From: the human T2T-CHM13v2.0 reference genome, Homo sapiens
Length of the DNA: 64,000 nucleotides
NCBI RefSeq assembly: GCF_009914755.1
Contig: NC_060947.1
Reading direction: 5' to 3' (one strand)
In this document: positions 44,421 through 59,734 of the stretch, in pieces
How the letters are laid out: every line of letters begins with the position of its first letter
Numbering within the stretch: position 1 is the first letter of the stretch
Program-made: the position numbers and the translations under genes
Notes under the pieces: model-generated
Told to the model about the DNA's origin: nothing
What the model saw: only the letters and a program-made list of their open reading frames with translations
Database searches by the model: none

Positions 44421-47400
44421 TAGTCTCCTCTTATTTACCCACTCTTAAGAGAGTGAGCATAAGACTATTTCCCCAAACTAATTAAATATATTATCTATTA
44501 TCTATGCACTGTAAATTGAACATAATCACACTTTTTTTTTACCAGTGTGTAAAACATGCCTTTGGAGCAGAAACACCTACTTCTAGCAAAACAGATGGAA
44601 TCCTGAAAGCATTTTCAACTTGCATCACTCCAATGCCATCTGAGTCTATCCCACAGAGATGAACATCGCATTAGTCATCTTGCAATGGTGTGGAGCTCAC
44701 ATATAACCTTCCATGAATCATAAGAAGAGAAAATCTCTCTCAAAAGTTTTATCCAGAATAAAATATTAAAATGTCGACTCAAATTTCCTTATTGCATTTT
44801 TCCCTTACCAACTTTCTCCCTTCCCCACTGCATGACCAATTGTGGCTAGGCATTGCTGAGGACTCTTCTCTACCACCCACCCCCCACAAAAATTCCTAAT
44901 ATTATTTTTAATACAGCTATCTTTAAATGAAGGCATTAAAATTACCCTCTGAATCAGAAGTAAGAACATACATTTTCACCTCTAAATTAACAATACTTTA
45001 ACAGATTTTGATTATTTGGGGGTTCAAACAAAGCAGCAAAATTTTAAAAATCATCTACCATGTGATGTTTGATGCCAAGCTTGGGCCATAAGGTATTTGA
45101 AACAGTTGAAGTAGTAAATTTAAGGTAAATACTATTTATGATGGAAACAGTCACAGGCACTTTAATATAACACTATCAATAGGACTGAGCTCTGGGAGTG
45201 TAAAAATGGTAGGTGGTATAGAAAGCATTAAGACTTATAAGTCTGTGTGTACTTGAGAGATGGGGATGGGGGTGTACTCACAGTGGTTCAAATTTACTAA
45301 TACTGCGAGAGGATATTTTAAAGAGGAGAAAGCTGTTGGGAAACATTTTTTAATGGTACAGAAGGAGTAAGTTCCACATACCACTGTGGAGCCTACTCCT
45401 TCCTTCTCCCTTACTCTAATTTCTGCAGCATCTCTCCCTTGTCTACTCTTCACCTCTTGCAGTCCTCCGAGGGAATCTAGTAAGCCAAGAGTTATTTTTA
45501 CAATTGTTCCTAAAGGTGAAATGATGAGCATAATTAAGTCCCTCACTTCCCCCTTCCTCCTCCCTATTTCTTCATTTTATATAGTCTTCCAAATACTAAT
45601 TAGATAATCTGAGAATTAAATCTTCCAATTTCTACCTAAGGTCTTTTCTCATAGCAAATCCCCAGGAGAAGGGAAAGGTTTTCTTTTCCTTGTAATTTTT
45701 GAACAATCACTGATTAGTCAGGCTTGGCAGCTGTTAAAAAATCTCGCTGTAGCCTGAACCTTCCTATTGATTAGCTGATACACGGCCTAAGAGCTGGCTG
45801 GGCTGATTGCTTTATCACTAAAGCATTGGAGAAGATTAGTTAGGCATCGTTATAAACTCCTATTTATCTAGAACTCAAATCACCAGAAAGTTCAAAGAGT
45901 CAGAATTATTTCTAGGTGTTGTACAAAAGAAGTAAGTGCAAGGCAGGAGCCCAAAGTGTTGGCTGAATAGCCTATTTCTGCCTCCCTTTCTTCCTCCCTC
46001 TTTTCTTACAATGGGTATTAACTGAGTGCTTACTATGTTTCAGAGCACTGAACTAGGTTTGAGGGATAGGAAGATCCATAAGGTATTGTCCCTGCACTTG
46101 AGGAGACTGACATTAAAAATATATTAATAAACACAATTAACTAAATATAGTCATACAAAGTTGCACATGCGGCTGTGGCAATGCAGAGGAGATAGCATGC
46201 TTTTACTCAATTGAACTATTAGAATCATTTGATTGAACTCCCATCTTTGGAAAATAGGTGATAAGTGTATCATATGGAAATGAGTGCTGGTGTGGGAGCT
46301 AACTATGACTGGTTTTATAGTCTGACTCTGATATGTACTAGTTGTATGAACCAAGCTGTCACTCAATTTTTCTGAAAGTCATTTATCATTTCTGAGCTTT
46401 GTTTTCATCTTCTGCCATTTGCAACTCGTAATACTTCACGTGTGTTGTCTTTCTGGTTTCTTATAAGGGCAGTAATATTTATCTCTACAAAAGAAGAAAT
46501 CGCAGTCCACAATAAGTTAGTGACTTGCCTAAGTACATCCAGCTGATTTGTAGCAGATTGGCTGATGCCAAGTGCACCGTTCTTTCCCTGCCTTTTCTCG
46601 TCTAACCCATAGAGGTCACTAAATTACACTTAGCAAGAACGCAGACATCCTTTTAATAAGATTTTCAACCCTGAGAGGTAAAACTCATGGGATTTCTGTT
46701 TATGAGACTATCTCATTAAATAGCATCCCTTAATCAATGGAAACCCTTTCCCATGATACACTCAAACCTTGGTCCTTCTGGTTAATTGAATTAGTGATAT
46801 ATTTAGTATGATCTTTATAACTTTAAAGCAGAACTTTCAGTTCTATCTTTGGTCTATAAGCCCAGGCAGTGCACAAAGCCTGTTAGCCAGAGGTTTGGCA
46901 GACAATTGTATCAGCCACGCGTTGCTCTCTGCCTTTCACTGTGCCTGAAAGAAATTGAATGGGAGATACCTGGAGTTTCTTTGATCACCTTGTCTCCTAA
47001 TGTCTAGCAGCTGACTACCTACTTGGAAAGTGAAAAGTCAGAAAAAAAGCTGCCTTAATTTTTATGTACCATACCCCTAAGCTTAAGAACAGACTAAAAC
47101 CTGAAATAAAACTCCTTAGAAATGTTATTGTATCAGAAACCAAACAGTATCTTAATATTGGTAAAATGATAGCTATAATTTTAGTTTAGTGGGCTGGAAT
47201 GAGGAACACCTGATTTGCCTCTAATAATCCTGGCATTTGGGAATAGTGATAAATGACTGAAAGTTATTAGACGTGTCCTGCAAAATGGTGCTGGTAGGTG
47301 GGAACTTGAAGTTTGTCATTCGTTAAATGGAACTGACTTCCCCAATTGGACCTAATTATGACAGCCATGATAAATAGCCTTTCTGTGTTGGCATGTTTAT

Positions 47401-47930
47401 TTTTCAGGAGCCTGAACAGGGAAATTGGTTTTATGTATTTGTGTAGGTGGGAATAATTACAATTTTTATCATTTTTTATAACAAATTTATCACCTGATAA
47501 TCCGAAGGTAAGATCAAACTGCAAAAGCAGATAACTTTACAGTCTCCTAAGCATTTGGGTGTTTGTTAAGCAAGGAGAATATTAATCAGAAATTGAAAGA
47601 GAAGTTTATCTTCTTTTATATTCACTATGATTATTCACTAGGTAAACCTCTCTCTAGCGGTCAAATGAGTATATTCTTTGCTTTATACTTAACAACTTCA
47701 TATTTACCAATAGGGTTCATCAGGACACAGACAGAGGGGAGAGAGAGGGAACAGGTTTTGGTTTTCAATAAATTTTTCTCCATTTGGTTAAAGGAACTTG
47801 CAAGTTCATTTATCAGTGCTTTCAAGTTTTTCATTCTCACTAAATGGAAAAAATGAATTCCTTGGAGATGTCTATTAAATATGGCAACAAGTCTTCACTC
47901 CAGTCTTTGATTGATTAATAGTTTAGTGTT

Positions 47931-47990
47931 AATGATAGAACGATAGCTAGATAATAGATATATAAAGAGATAGATGATAGATAGATAGAA
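47931..47990. repeat. Degenerate (GATA)n
   Basis: gatagatgatagatagatag read directly. Confidence 0.7.
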
Positions 47991-48618
47991 TCACTTAAAA
48001 CTTATTGAATAGGCCAAGTATTATGATAACACATTGACTCAAGAGACCTAGGAGATACGTAAAATCCCCACTTTATAGAGTAGTAAAGAGATCCTAGGAG
48101 GGTTACTGTTTTTGATTATATGTCTAACTACAGGATTTTGCTGTTTTGCAGGGTTTGTTCTATACTTATGAAGGTCCCAAGATTATAAGGACCAAAAAGT
48201 AACATGATTATAAATCTTAGTTATTTAAAGAGTATAAGTTGACATCCCTTTGTCACAGAAAGTTTCACGCACCAAGATCCATCAGGAACTATAAAATGTT
48301 TGTTGTAGAATCTGGCACTGTACATACCCACTAAGGCAAGGCAGATATGGAAGAGTCTGAGATGACAGTAGAAATTTAGACTGTTGGTCAAGGCATGTTG
48401 TCTCCAAGGTAAAATAGTTTTCGATTAGGATATAGGAAAATAGAACTATGTGGCGTTCTGAGAAGAGTGAAATTCCCAGCAGGTGGTAAAGCCTAGAGAT
48501 GCAGACTCTAGATGGGCAATTTCCACGTTCAGTGTTTTAGTCATATCTCATTTAATGATCAGAAGCAGGAAGTCATGAAATCTAGCTTAAGTATAAATCA
48601 AAATAAGAGTTACGTTGA

Positions 48619-48935
<317 letters not shown>

Positions 48936-49419
48936 TTATGCTTCATTCTATTCTCTAGTGACTGACTTACTCTATTTGTTGTGTGCTGTGACTCATGCAT
49001 TTTTATTAATAATTTTAAAATCAATACTTGAAGTAAAACTGAAGACATCACAAAACATCTGTTTCACAATACCCCTCTTCCACCTTCCCCAAGTCCAAAA
49101 AAAGTTTGATAAATTTTGAATAAATCATATCCTGACCTATTTTTCATTGCTCATTTATTCATTTATGCATTTATGCATTAATCCAACCAATATTAATGTA
49201 ATAATTATTTTTTCTCAGGCATTGTGATAGATTGTAGGTATGTGGTTGTAAACTATACACACATATTATCTGCCTTCATGGAGTTTATAGCTGAGTGAGA
49301 AAACAAAGTATATGTAAATAAACAATTGAAAATACATACAAATTCATTTTGTGCTAAGCAAATAAAAGGATAAAATAGTGCAATTTTGAAATCAGCATTA
49401 TAGAATTTACTTCATTATT

Positions 49420-49637
49420 ATTATTTTTCTTTCCAACTTGTATTTTAGGTCTAGGGAGTACATCTGCAAGATTTGTACATAGGTAAAATAGTGTGTCACA
49501 GAGGTTTGGTGTACAGATTATTTCATCTCACAGGTAATAAGCATAAAACCCACTAGGTAGTTTTTTAAATCCTCACTGTCTTTCCACCCTCCACCCTCAA
49601 GTACATGCTGGTGTCTGTTGATCCCTTCTTTATGTCC
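49420..49637 (-). mobile_element. L1PA15/16-like 3' end
   Basis: ttccaacttgtattttagg...gaggtttggtgtacagattatttcat...ccctccaccctcaagta. Cut off at 49637. Confidence 0.8.
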
Positions 49638-49901
49638 AGAGTCTAAGTTAGAATATCATTCCCCTCACCCTCACCCAATACACAGACACACTGAAAATTA
49701 AGGATAGTTGGCTTTGCCAAACTTCCTCCGTAGACTACTTAGTTAATCATTATCTCTGCAGGTCACTATCCCTACACTTGCTAAAGCCAGACTTAGAAGA
49801 CTGTTTGAGAATGCAGAACTTCTAAACGGGCCCGACTCCTAATGCCTCTGTTTCTTCATCTGGAAATTGGTGCAATGCCTGACTCATATTTTCTGTGTAT
49901 G

Positions 49902-49951
49902 ACTCAGTCTCCAGCACGTCTTTATTAGCAGCATGAGAACAGACTAAGACA
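49902..49951 (+). mobile_element. Last ~50 bp of a THE1/MST LTR
   Basis: actcagtctccagcacgtctttattagcagcatgagaacagactaagaca is the reverse complement of the THE1 LTR starts at 33581 and 35940. Confidence 0.8.
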
Positions 49952-50535
49952 ATCATCTTTGTACTGGTTCTGTCTCATCTGTGCAGGTTCATATTTCTTT
50001 AATCTTTGAAGTCTCTGGCCTCTTGGTAGAGCCTTTTCCTTTAACATTCTTTGATGTCCTTGAGGTTACGACTGTGGTAAAAAATTGGGTTTAATCGACT
50101 GGATTCATTTATGAACAATTTCACGTGGCCAAAGCTCAGCTCAGCACTCCTGGGCTGCATGTTCTAATCCTGGCAGGCTGAGCCATGTTCACAGCTTTGT
50201 TCTCTGGCCCCTCTACATTAAGCACCTGCTTCATTGGAGGGGCCAAGGTGTTCCCCAACTGCTGGCAACAACACTTTGATGGGGAATGCCAGCAAAAGTG
50301 ATTTTTTAGGGTGGTGACAGCAGGGTGCACACTCACATGTGGTGCACTGCCAGTGACAGGGTGGTGGTGGTGGTGCGGTGGGATCTGTGAACATGCATAC
50401 CAGTGCTGGCAGGAAGGCACCACAGCGGGATCCATGCATGCGCATGGTGACGGTATGACAGGGTGACAATACAGTGGGGGTCCACACGTGCGTGACTGTG
50501 TCAGTGGGAGTAGTGCAGCAGAGTCAGTGTTCATG
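49952..50535 (-). mobile_element. L1 5' UTR/ORF1-start fragment
   Basis: ggttctgtctcatctgtg...tttaatctttgaagt...ttctttgatgtccttgagg followed by GC-richer UTR-like sequence. Confidence 0.6.
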
Positions 50536-50555
50536 GTTTATTTTCTCATAATATC

Positions 50556-50917
50556 TGTGGTATTATCTGAATGTTGATCTCTCCCTAAAATTCATATATT
50601 GAAACCTAATCACTAATGCTATGGTATTAAGAGATGGAACCTTTGGGAAATGATTAGGTCATAAGGGCTCTACCCTCATGAATGGGATTAGTGCCCTTAT
50701 AAAAGAGGCTTGAGGGCCTTTTTTCTCTCTGCTGCCATGTGAGGATACATCAAGAAGGTGCCATCTATGAGGAACAGGTCTTCACCAGACATCAAATGTG
50801 CCAGTGCCCTGATTTTTTACTTCCCAGCCTCCAGAACTTTGAGCAATACATTTCTGTTGTTTGTCAATTACCCAGTCTAAGGTAATTTGTTATAGCAGCA
50901 AGAATTTAACTCACACA
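50556..50917 (+). mobile_element. MLT1A/MSTD-like solo LTR
   Basis: aaattcatatattgaaaccta...ccctcatgaatgggattagtgcccttataaaagagg...ttcccagcctccagaact...ttgttatagcagc. Confidence 0.85.
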
Positions 50918-51994
50918 TTTTGCTTTCTCTTAACTCAGCTCCCACATGTCTCAGATGACTCTGTCACAACTTCTTACGACTTGTGTGGGCCCCATACTCT
51001 CTTGTGATCACAGTTACTATCTCTTCTTTCAAATTTTCAAGAAAAAGTTACTTTCTATCTACCTAATGGATTCACTGACCCTTAATCAGGTGCATTTTCC
51101 TTTCAAATCAGCTATGGTCTATATCACATGGCCGATTTACAACTTGTTAAGTCTCCAGGTATGAGGAAACTCTCTGAGAAGGTGGTATGAACAGGCTAGG
51201 TAAATCATTATGTATACGATATGTATGCATGTGATCAGTGGTTATCTGGGTGCAGGGCATCAGGCACAGTACTGAAAAAATGGAAACTAGGAAAACAAAT
51301 GAAGACGTTAGCCCTTGAGGAAGAACTAGGGAAAAAGAAGAACATGGTCCAATGCTGGACCTATGGATCAGTGCAAAAATGGAGGAGAATTCAGCCTTTG
51401 GAAGTCAAAAAAGGAATTTCCTTATCAGAACAAAGGTGTGTGTTAGAGGTGCAATGATGGCATTGAAAGGGTAGAAAAAAACAGTGAGCATAAACTCAGG
51501 AACTACATAATAATTTATTGGTCAAAACCAGGAAAAAGCCTGTCAAAGGCTGTAAGTATACATTACTGACATACACATACCCTTCTGCACTCACCAGCAA
51601 TGAAGCTGGAATTTTTTAAGTTAGAGATAGCAAATATATAGCTCATGTACTCTTTCTTCCCATGCCTATTACAACCATGAATAATTGATCATAACAACTG
51701 GTCCTGGATACCACTACATAAGCCTTCTCAAAAAGTTGTCAAAGTATTTACTGCCAATCTACCAGTGGGATTAAAATAATTGGCTATTACTGGATTTAGC
51801 TCTTCTTATGCTGTTTTTGGGTCAAAGCTTTTACTATAGGTAGAGAGATTAGTGAACCAAGCTCTGGACAAATCGAGGCAAAGAAAGGCAACGCAAATGA
51901 GGTGAATAGGTTAAGACGGAGAGGAAAACAACATATATGTATTATGCTATGTCACTTTGTCCTCTTTTTATTCATTCTAACCCACTGCAGATAT

Positions 51995-52240
51995 TGGTAT
52001 GGCATGTGATGGAATGGGCACACATTTTGGAATTAGATATAAATGGAAATATAGATTCCATAATTTACAAGCCTTGGGACCTTAGAAAAATTATTCCAAT
52101 TTTTTGGTATCAGTTAATTTATCTGTAAAGTGAGAATACTCAGACCTACCACACAGGATTGACAGGATGATTATACTATGTAATATATTTGCAAGCATGA
52201 TGCCTGGAATATGGGTGGTCCTTGATCAACTCTAAATAAG
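51995..52240 (+). mobile_element. MIR
   Basis: ttatctgtaaagtgagaatactcagacctaccacacaggattg...atgcctggaatatgg. Confidence 0.6.
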
Positions 52241-54894
52241 AAAAAAATGCAAAATAAATTAAAACTATCAAGCACAAGCAAAAATGTTGGTGTTCATCAT
52301 TCTTTCTGTCTCTGAGATCTTGTGAGTACCCAGAAAACAGTGGATAAAGCAGCACAGAGCCCAGAAAAGACATTATCATAGGTTGATTTGATCTTACCCA
52401 AGCTCAGTTCTAAAACTAAGAAAAAGCTGGAGGATGTGAATCCCATCTCACATTTACAGGTGATGCCTGTGATCCCTGGATTTAACTCTAGCCTAGATTG
52501 GGAACAGACTCTATGTTGCCTCTGAAATTTCCCGGAAATATATTATTTTAGATGTTGGGGATCCCCAACTGATCTTGACGTCATACAATAGCACGCTTCA
52601 CTAATGGCTGAGAAAGAAAAGCTGCAGGTATCCACCCTGCTTCCACAGGAAAAAATAAAAATCATATCAACTTCCACATTTCTGCCTCAAGTAAGTGGCA
52701 CCCAGAGGCTGACTGTTGTACAATCACTTTTGCACCTTGAGTGTAACATAAGACTGTGCTTTTCCAGACACGTTTCTCAGGTTGCCCACAGGACCACAAG
52801 GTCAAAACTATTTTTTTCCAAAAGGTACCTGGAAAGTCTTATTTCACTGTGTTTCCAAGAGAGAAAGTAGCTTACTAGTATGCCGCTGTAATAATTGGGA
52901 ATCCTTCAATGCTCTTCAGAAGCTAATGGGACAGGATACTGCGTTTGCATTAAAGATCATATTAGTTAAAGTCTCAGCTATTTGCAATGCATTTTAATGA
53001 TTTCCTCTTTATTTGATGAGGCTCATTCTGCATGCCAAATAATCCTTGATTTTTCTTGGTGTTGTAGGAGAGTCACAAAAATTCTGAAATAGCCAATAAT
53101 ATTAATTCATTCATATTTTGCTTTGAGACGTATGATATTTTTACATATATTTTTTGTTTGCTGCTGCTTTACCTCATGGGATTTTACTTGGCTTAATAAT
53201 AACATGAGTTTATTTGCTAATGAGAGTCATGGGGTTACAAGACTCAGAATGCTGGAATTGGGACATTCTAAATTAGCTGTAGCTAATCCACAGAATGAAC
53301 AAGACACGTGGAAGCAGTTGAGAGGTAATAGTATTCACAAGAGGATGTGTGGAGGACAATAAATAAGCCTTCCATCTTGTGCGAATACTTTCTGATCCCT
53401 CATTTTGGGTTGCCCAAAAAGAATCTTCATTTAGATGTCATTCATTTTCAAGAATAATTCTCGGCCTTTTTTTTTGCCATATTTCTGGAACTGCCCTGTT
53501 TGGGATCAGGGAGCATTTAGTAAGATTCTCTGCTATTTCCCTTTTGAATGCTTCTTCCTGCCTTACTTCACCCTCTTACCAACTCAGTCCAGTTGGCCCT
53601 TCCAAGTGAGACAAATGATCTCAGAAAATGTTCTGTGCTTTATTGAGAAGGTTGCTAAATAATATAGGACATAGAAGACCTGAAGCCATATGAAGTGAGG
53701 ACTTCATTGCTAAGCTACACACAGTGACTGCACTCCAGCCTTTTTACTGGCTGGAGTGCAGCCACTGTATGAAGCTTAGCCACTGTTTCAGACAGAAACA
53801 GCCTTTTCATAAAGATTCTTAAACAGAACAGATTTTGGTTTCTTTCTCATTATAATCTGCTATATAAGAATTCCTTCCAAGTCTACCCACTATGCCCCTA
53901 ACCCCTCCTGCATAGTATCCAGATCAAAGACATAACACTTAATCTTACCCAGGTCATTGCTTTTCACACCAGGAGTTCCTTCAACTCAGTACAATTCAAC
54001 TTCACTAAATTCCTGCCTTAACACATAGCTTAAACGGACCATAAGATTTCTTTCCCTTCGCATCACGTCCCAGCACCCCAGGCCCTCTTTCTTCCCATGT
54101 ATACTGCTGGGATTCGCTCTCACTCTGGAAAAATGAATAGTTTAATACAAGGTCTATTCTTACAATGTGAAGTTGGGGTGGAGGTTAGTCTGTAATGTAT
54201 ATCCTTGTTGCTAAGGATGGGCCCTCACTTTGACTAACTGTTGGACAATTTATCACCCAAAGTCATGGGTCAATGTTAAATTAGAAAGTCAGTCTTTTCT
54301 CCTTTATATAATTTTAGTCTCATGGATAAGACACAAACATTTTCATGGTGCATATACTATCTGTATCTCATCATTAGCTGATTAAGAAAATTTCAAATTC
54401 CTATTTATGTTCTAGTAGAATTAATTAGAGCTCAAGCCTGGGAGGTACAGTAGTAAAGGAGTACACAGAGCCAATCTCTGCAAGGAATCAGGAAGAAATT
54501 GTGCTGGGGTTTTCTCCATCAGCCCTTTCCTCCTTTTCCTTTGACTTTTCTCATGCCACTGCCCATTTCTTATATCTTTTTCTCTTGCACAGATGCAGTG
54601 TCTCCTGCAGTACTGTTCTTGTGTCCTTGGTTGAATCTCTTCATTTTCCATACTGCTTCTCAGCATTCCAACCCAGCTACTATTAAGTGTTGAGACTGCC
54701 TTGACATCAGACCTAAGCAAGCCTAGATCACAGATCAATTCTTGGAAAATAGGTTAAGGATCACCTACTCACAGATAACCACAGCCCATCACATTCACAC
54801 TTGGCCTCTCACTCATTCTTTTATGTGAATATGTGTAAGTGTATGTATGTTTGCACGCCTGATCTGTCCTATATTCTAAAGTGGAGGAGTACAG

Positions 54895-55140
54895 TATAGT
54901 AAGGTGGTATAGCACAGTGGCTAACAATGTGGGTTTTTGAGTCAGGCAGACAAGAATTTGCATAATGGTGTTGAAGTTTCTAGTGATGCAAAAGTAGAGA
55001 AGTTACTTAAACTCTCCTCTGAAAATGGGGAAAATAATGATACCAGCCTCAAGTAGTTGCTTTGAGGATTAACTGAGATAATGCATCTAAGAAGATTAGA
55101 ATCATACTTTGTATGTGGTAGGTTCTCAATAAATAGTAGC
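54895..55140 (+). mobile_element. MIR
   Basis: ggtatagcacagtggctaa...aagttacttaaactctc...aaatggggaaaataat...ttgaggattaactgagataatgcat...ggttctcaataaat. Confidence 0.75.
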
Positions 55141-55743
55141 TGGACCAAGCTATTCAAGGGTAAGAACTTCACTTATTATAGCAGGTTTCTTCCGAAGTTC
55201 AATTCCATATACCCTATAACAAAGAATAGTTGTGATAGAACCCAGAATATTAAACTGGAAGCAGCCGTAGGAATCATGCTGTCTGATCCTTTTATTTCCT
55301 ATTCAGAAGCTGAGATGCAGAGAAAGAAAAAGACTTGCCTCAGGTCATTTTTGGAGATTGTGACATATACAGCATTAAAACTCAGGACCCATTATTTTTC
55401 TTTTTTTTTTATTCCAGTTTGACTCTATGATATAATTTCAAGAACAGCTTTCCTGCATTGCCTTTTCCAATACAGCCTGATGGGAAAAGTGAGTGATAGC
55501 AAGCTCTATACTATGGAGACCCAGAAGCAGCATGGGGGGAACATAGAAAATAAAGGAACCAGGTGTCCTACATGATAGAAGCGAATCCTGTAAATGGACA
55601 TAAAAAGCTTACATAAATAAAATAAACAAAAAGCCTGTATATGCATATAAGCATATATAAAAGGCATATATCTATATATATAGATATATGCATTTTCTAT
55701 CCATTTGCAGAACAAGCATCTAACATGCAGGACACTTGGCTCC

Positions 55744-58700
55744 TTTATTATATATATATTATATATATATGTACATATAATATATAATAATGTAATGTAT
55801 AATCATATTATAAGATATATAATAACATATGATATATAATATACATATACAAAATATAATACATAATATGTATAATATAAATATATAATATCATATAAAA
55901 TATATTTTATATATTATATTATCTATATGTTATAGATAATATATACTGCGTATTATATTACATGTAATATATACTGCGTATATTACATATATTATAAATA
56001 TTTAATACATATTTATATTATACATGTTATTATACATTATATGTTAAATATACTATATCTATTATATGTTATATATTATATATTATATATTATATGCTAT
56101 ATAACATTTAACATATAATATATATTATAACATATATAATATATAATATAAATATATATTCATATTATATATTTATATTCTATATAATATGAATATATAT
56201 GTTTATATTATATTATATGATATATAAATATATATTTATATTATATTATATGATATATAAATATATATATTTATATTATATATTATATAAATATATATAT
56301 TTATATTATATATTATATAAATATATATATTTATATTATGTATAATATAAATATATATATTTATATTATATATAATATAATATAATATAAATATATATTT
56401 ATATTATATATAATATAATATATATTATATTATATATAAATATATATTTATATTATATTATATTATATATAAATATATTATATATTATATCATATAAAAT
56501 ATAATTTATATGATATATCATATAAATTGTATGATATCATATATAATATAATTAATATGATATATCATATAAATTGTATTATATTATATATAATTTATAT
56601 GATATATCATATAAATTGTATTATATTATATATAATTTATATGATATATCATATAAATTGTATTATATTATACATAATTTATATGATATATCATATAAAT
56701 TGTATTATATTATACATAATTTATATGATATATCATATAAATTGTATTATATTATACATAATTTATGATATATCATATAAATTGTATTATATTATATATA
56801 ATTTATATGATATATCATATAAATTGTATTATATTATATATAATTTATAATATAATTATATATGATACATAATTTATAATATAATTATCTATGATACATA
56901 ATATGTAACATAATATATATCATACAGAATATATAATATAATATATGATACATAATATATAATATAATAGATACGATACATAATATATAAATATAATTCT
57001 ATATGATACATAATATATAACATAATTATATATGATACATATATAATATAATATATACTATATTATATATTTTATATATAATATAATATATACTATATTA
57101 TATATTTTATATATAATATAATATATACTATATACTATATTATATATATTATATATACAATATATATAATATATATTATATATATTATATATAATATATA
57201 TTATATATAATATATATAATATATATTATATATAATATATATAATATATATAATATATATCATATACAATATATATAATATATATTATATATAATATATA
57301 TAATATAATAGTAATATGATATATATTACATATATAATATATATATAATATATTCTATAACACAATATATAATAATATAATTTATAATATATATAATATA
57401 TTATTTATAGTATATATTATACATAATATATATAATATATATATTATACATAATATATATAATATATATATTATACATAATATATATAATATATATATTA
57501 TACATAATATATATAATATATATATTATACATAATATATATAATATATATATTATACATAATATATATAATATATATATTATACATAATATATATAATAT
57601 ATATATTATACATAATATATATATTATATATATTATACATAATATATATAATATATATATTATATATTATACATGATATATATTATATATATTATACATG
57701 ATATATATTATATATATTATACATAATAGATATATAATATATATTATATATTATATATATTATACATAATAGATATATAATATATATTATATATTATACA
57801 TGATATATATATTATATATTATACATGATATATATATTATATATATATTATATATTATACATCATATATATTATATATATTATATATTATACATGATATA
57901 TATATTATATTATACATGATATATATTATATATATTATATATTATACAGAATATATATATTATATTATACATATTATATATATTATATATAATATATATA
58001 CATAATTATAGATATATAATTATATATATTATATATATAATATATATAATTGTATATATAATATATATAATTATAATATACATATTATATATATTATAAA
58101 TATTATATATATAATATATATTATATATAATATACGTATATTATATATAACATATATTATATATTATATATTATATATAATATATAATATAAATAAATAT
58201 TATATATAATATATAATATCATATAATATATGATATATATAATATAATATATGATATATATAATATAATATATATTATATATTATTATATTATATATATT
58301 ATATATATATTATATTATATATATATAACATATATATATGTTAATATATAATATAAATAGAATATAATATAAATAGAATATAAATTTAATTATATTATAA
58401 TATATATTATATATTACATATTATATGTAATATAATATAGTATATCATATATAACATATACAATATAGTATATCATATATAACGTATATATCATATCATA
58501 TATAACATATATATCATATCATATATAACATATATAATATATCATATCATATATAACATATATAATATATATCATATATAACATATATAATATATATCAT
58601 ATATAACATATAATATATCATATATAACATATATAATTTATTATATCATATATAACATATATATCATATATAACATATATAATATATCATATATAACATA

Positions 58701-59147
58701 TATAATATATCATATATAACATACAATATATATGTAAATATATAATCTATATAATATATTATATATGTAATATATATAACATATATAACACATATAATTA
58801 CATAATATATAATATATGAATGCATATAACATATGTAAATATATTATATTATATATCAGATATATTATATATAATACATCACATATTATATATTATATAA
58901 TATATCACGTATTATATATTACACAGATTATATATCACATATATTATATTACATATTATATATCACATATATTATATGTTGTGTACCACATATATATGTA
59001 TTACATATTGCATGCCACATATATATTATATATTGCATACCACATATATATTTATTATATCACATTTATAATATATTATATATCACATATATTATATTAT
59101 ATATAACGTAATATATAACATATATTATATATAATATATATATGTAA
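55744..59147. repeat. ~3.4-kb AT-rich low-complexity/minisatellite tract with 42-bp and 27-bp sub-arrays
   Basis: Almost only A/T. A 42-bp unit (atgatatatcatataaattgtattatattatatataatttat) at ~56510-56850 and a 27-bp unit (acataatatatataatatatatattat) at ~57410-57660. Confidence 0.97.
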
Positions 59148-59475
59148 TAGAGAAGTTACTTAAACTCTCCTCTGAAAATGGGGAAAATAATGATATACCA
59201 TTATCACAAAAGGCTTTGACAGAAGCCTTTTGTCACATATACCTTTCTTATACCATCACAGATTCATGCTCACCCAACACATTAACAACAACCAGGCAAA
59301 AGAACAAAATGTCCAAAGTTGTAGTGCAATGTAAGTTCACAAAGACTGAGTGGACTGATTCAAAAAACAAGAACAAAAACTTTACAGCCAAGAAAGCTTA
59401 ACAGAGGATGACTACCTAGAATGGAAAGACGTGAAGACTCTATTCTTGCATTAGCTGTACTAAATACCTTCCTAA

Positions 59476-59734
<259 letters not shown>

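Noticed and set aside
56510-57660. Regular 42-bp and 27-bp arrays as a CRISPR-like locus
   Set aside because: Head-to-tail repeats without unique spacers, no cas genes, and a primate context.
56527-59106. Y/I/N-rich repetitive ORFs (56527-56850, 56574-56768, 57401-57640, 58816-59106)
   Set aside because: These are translations of AT minisatellite units whose lengths are multiples of 3 (42 and 27 bp), with no coding features.
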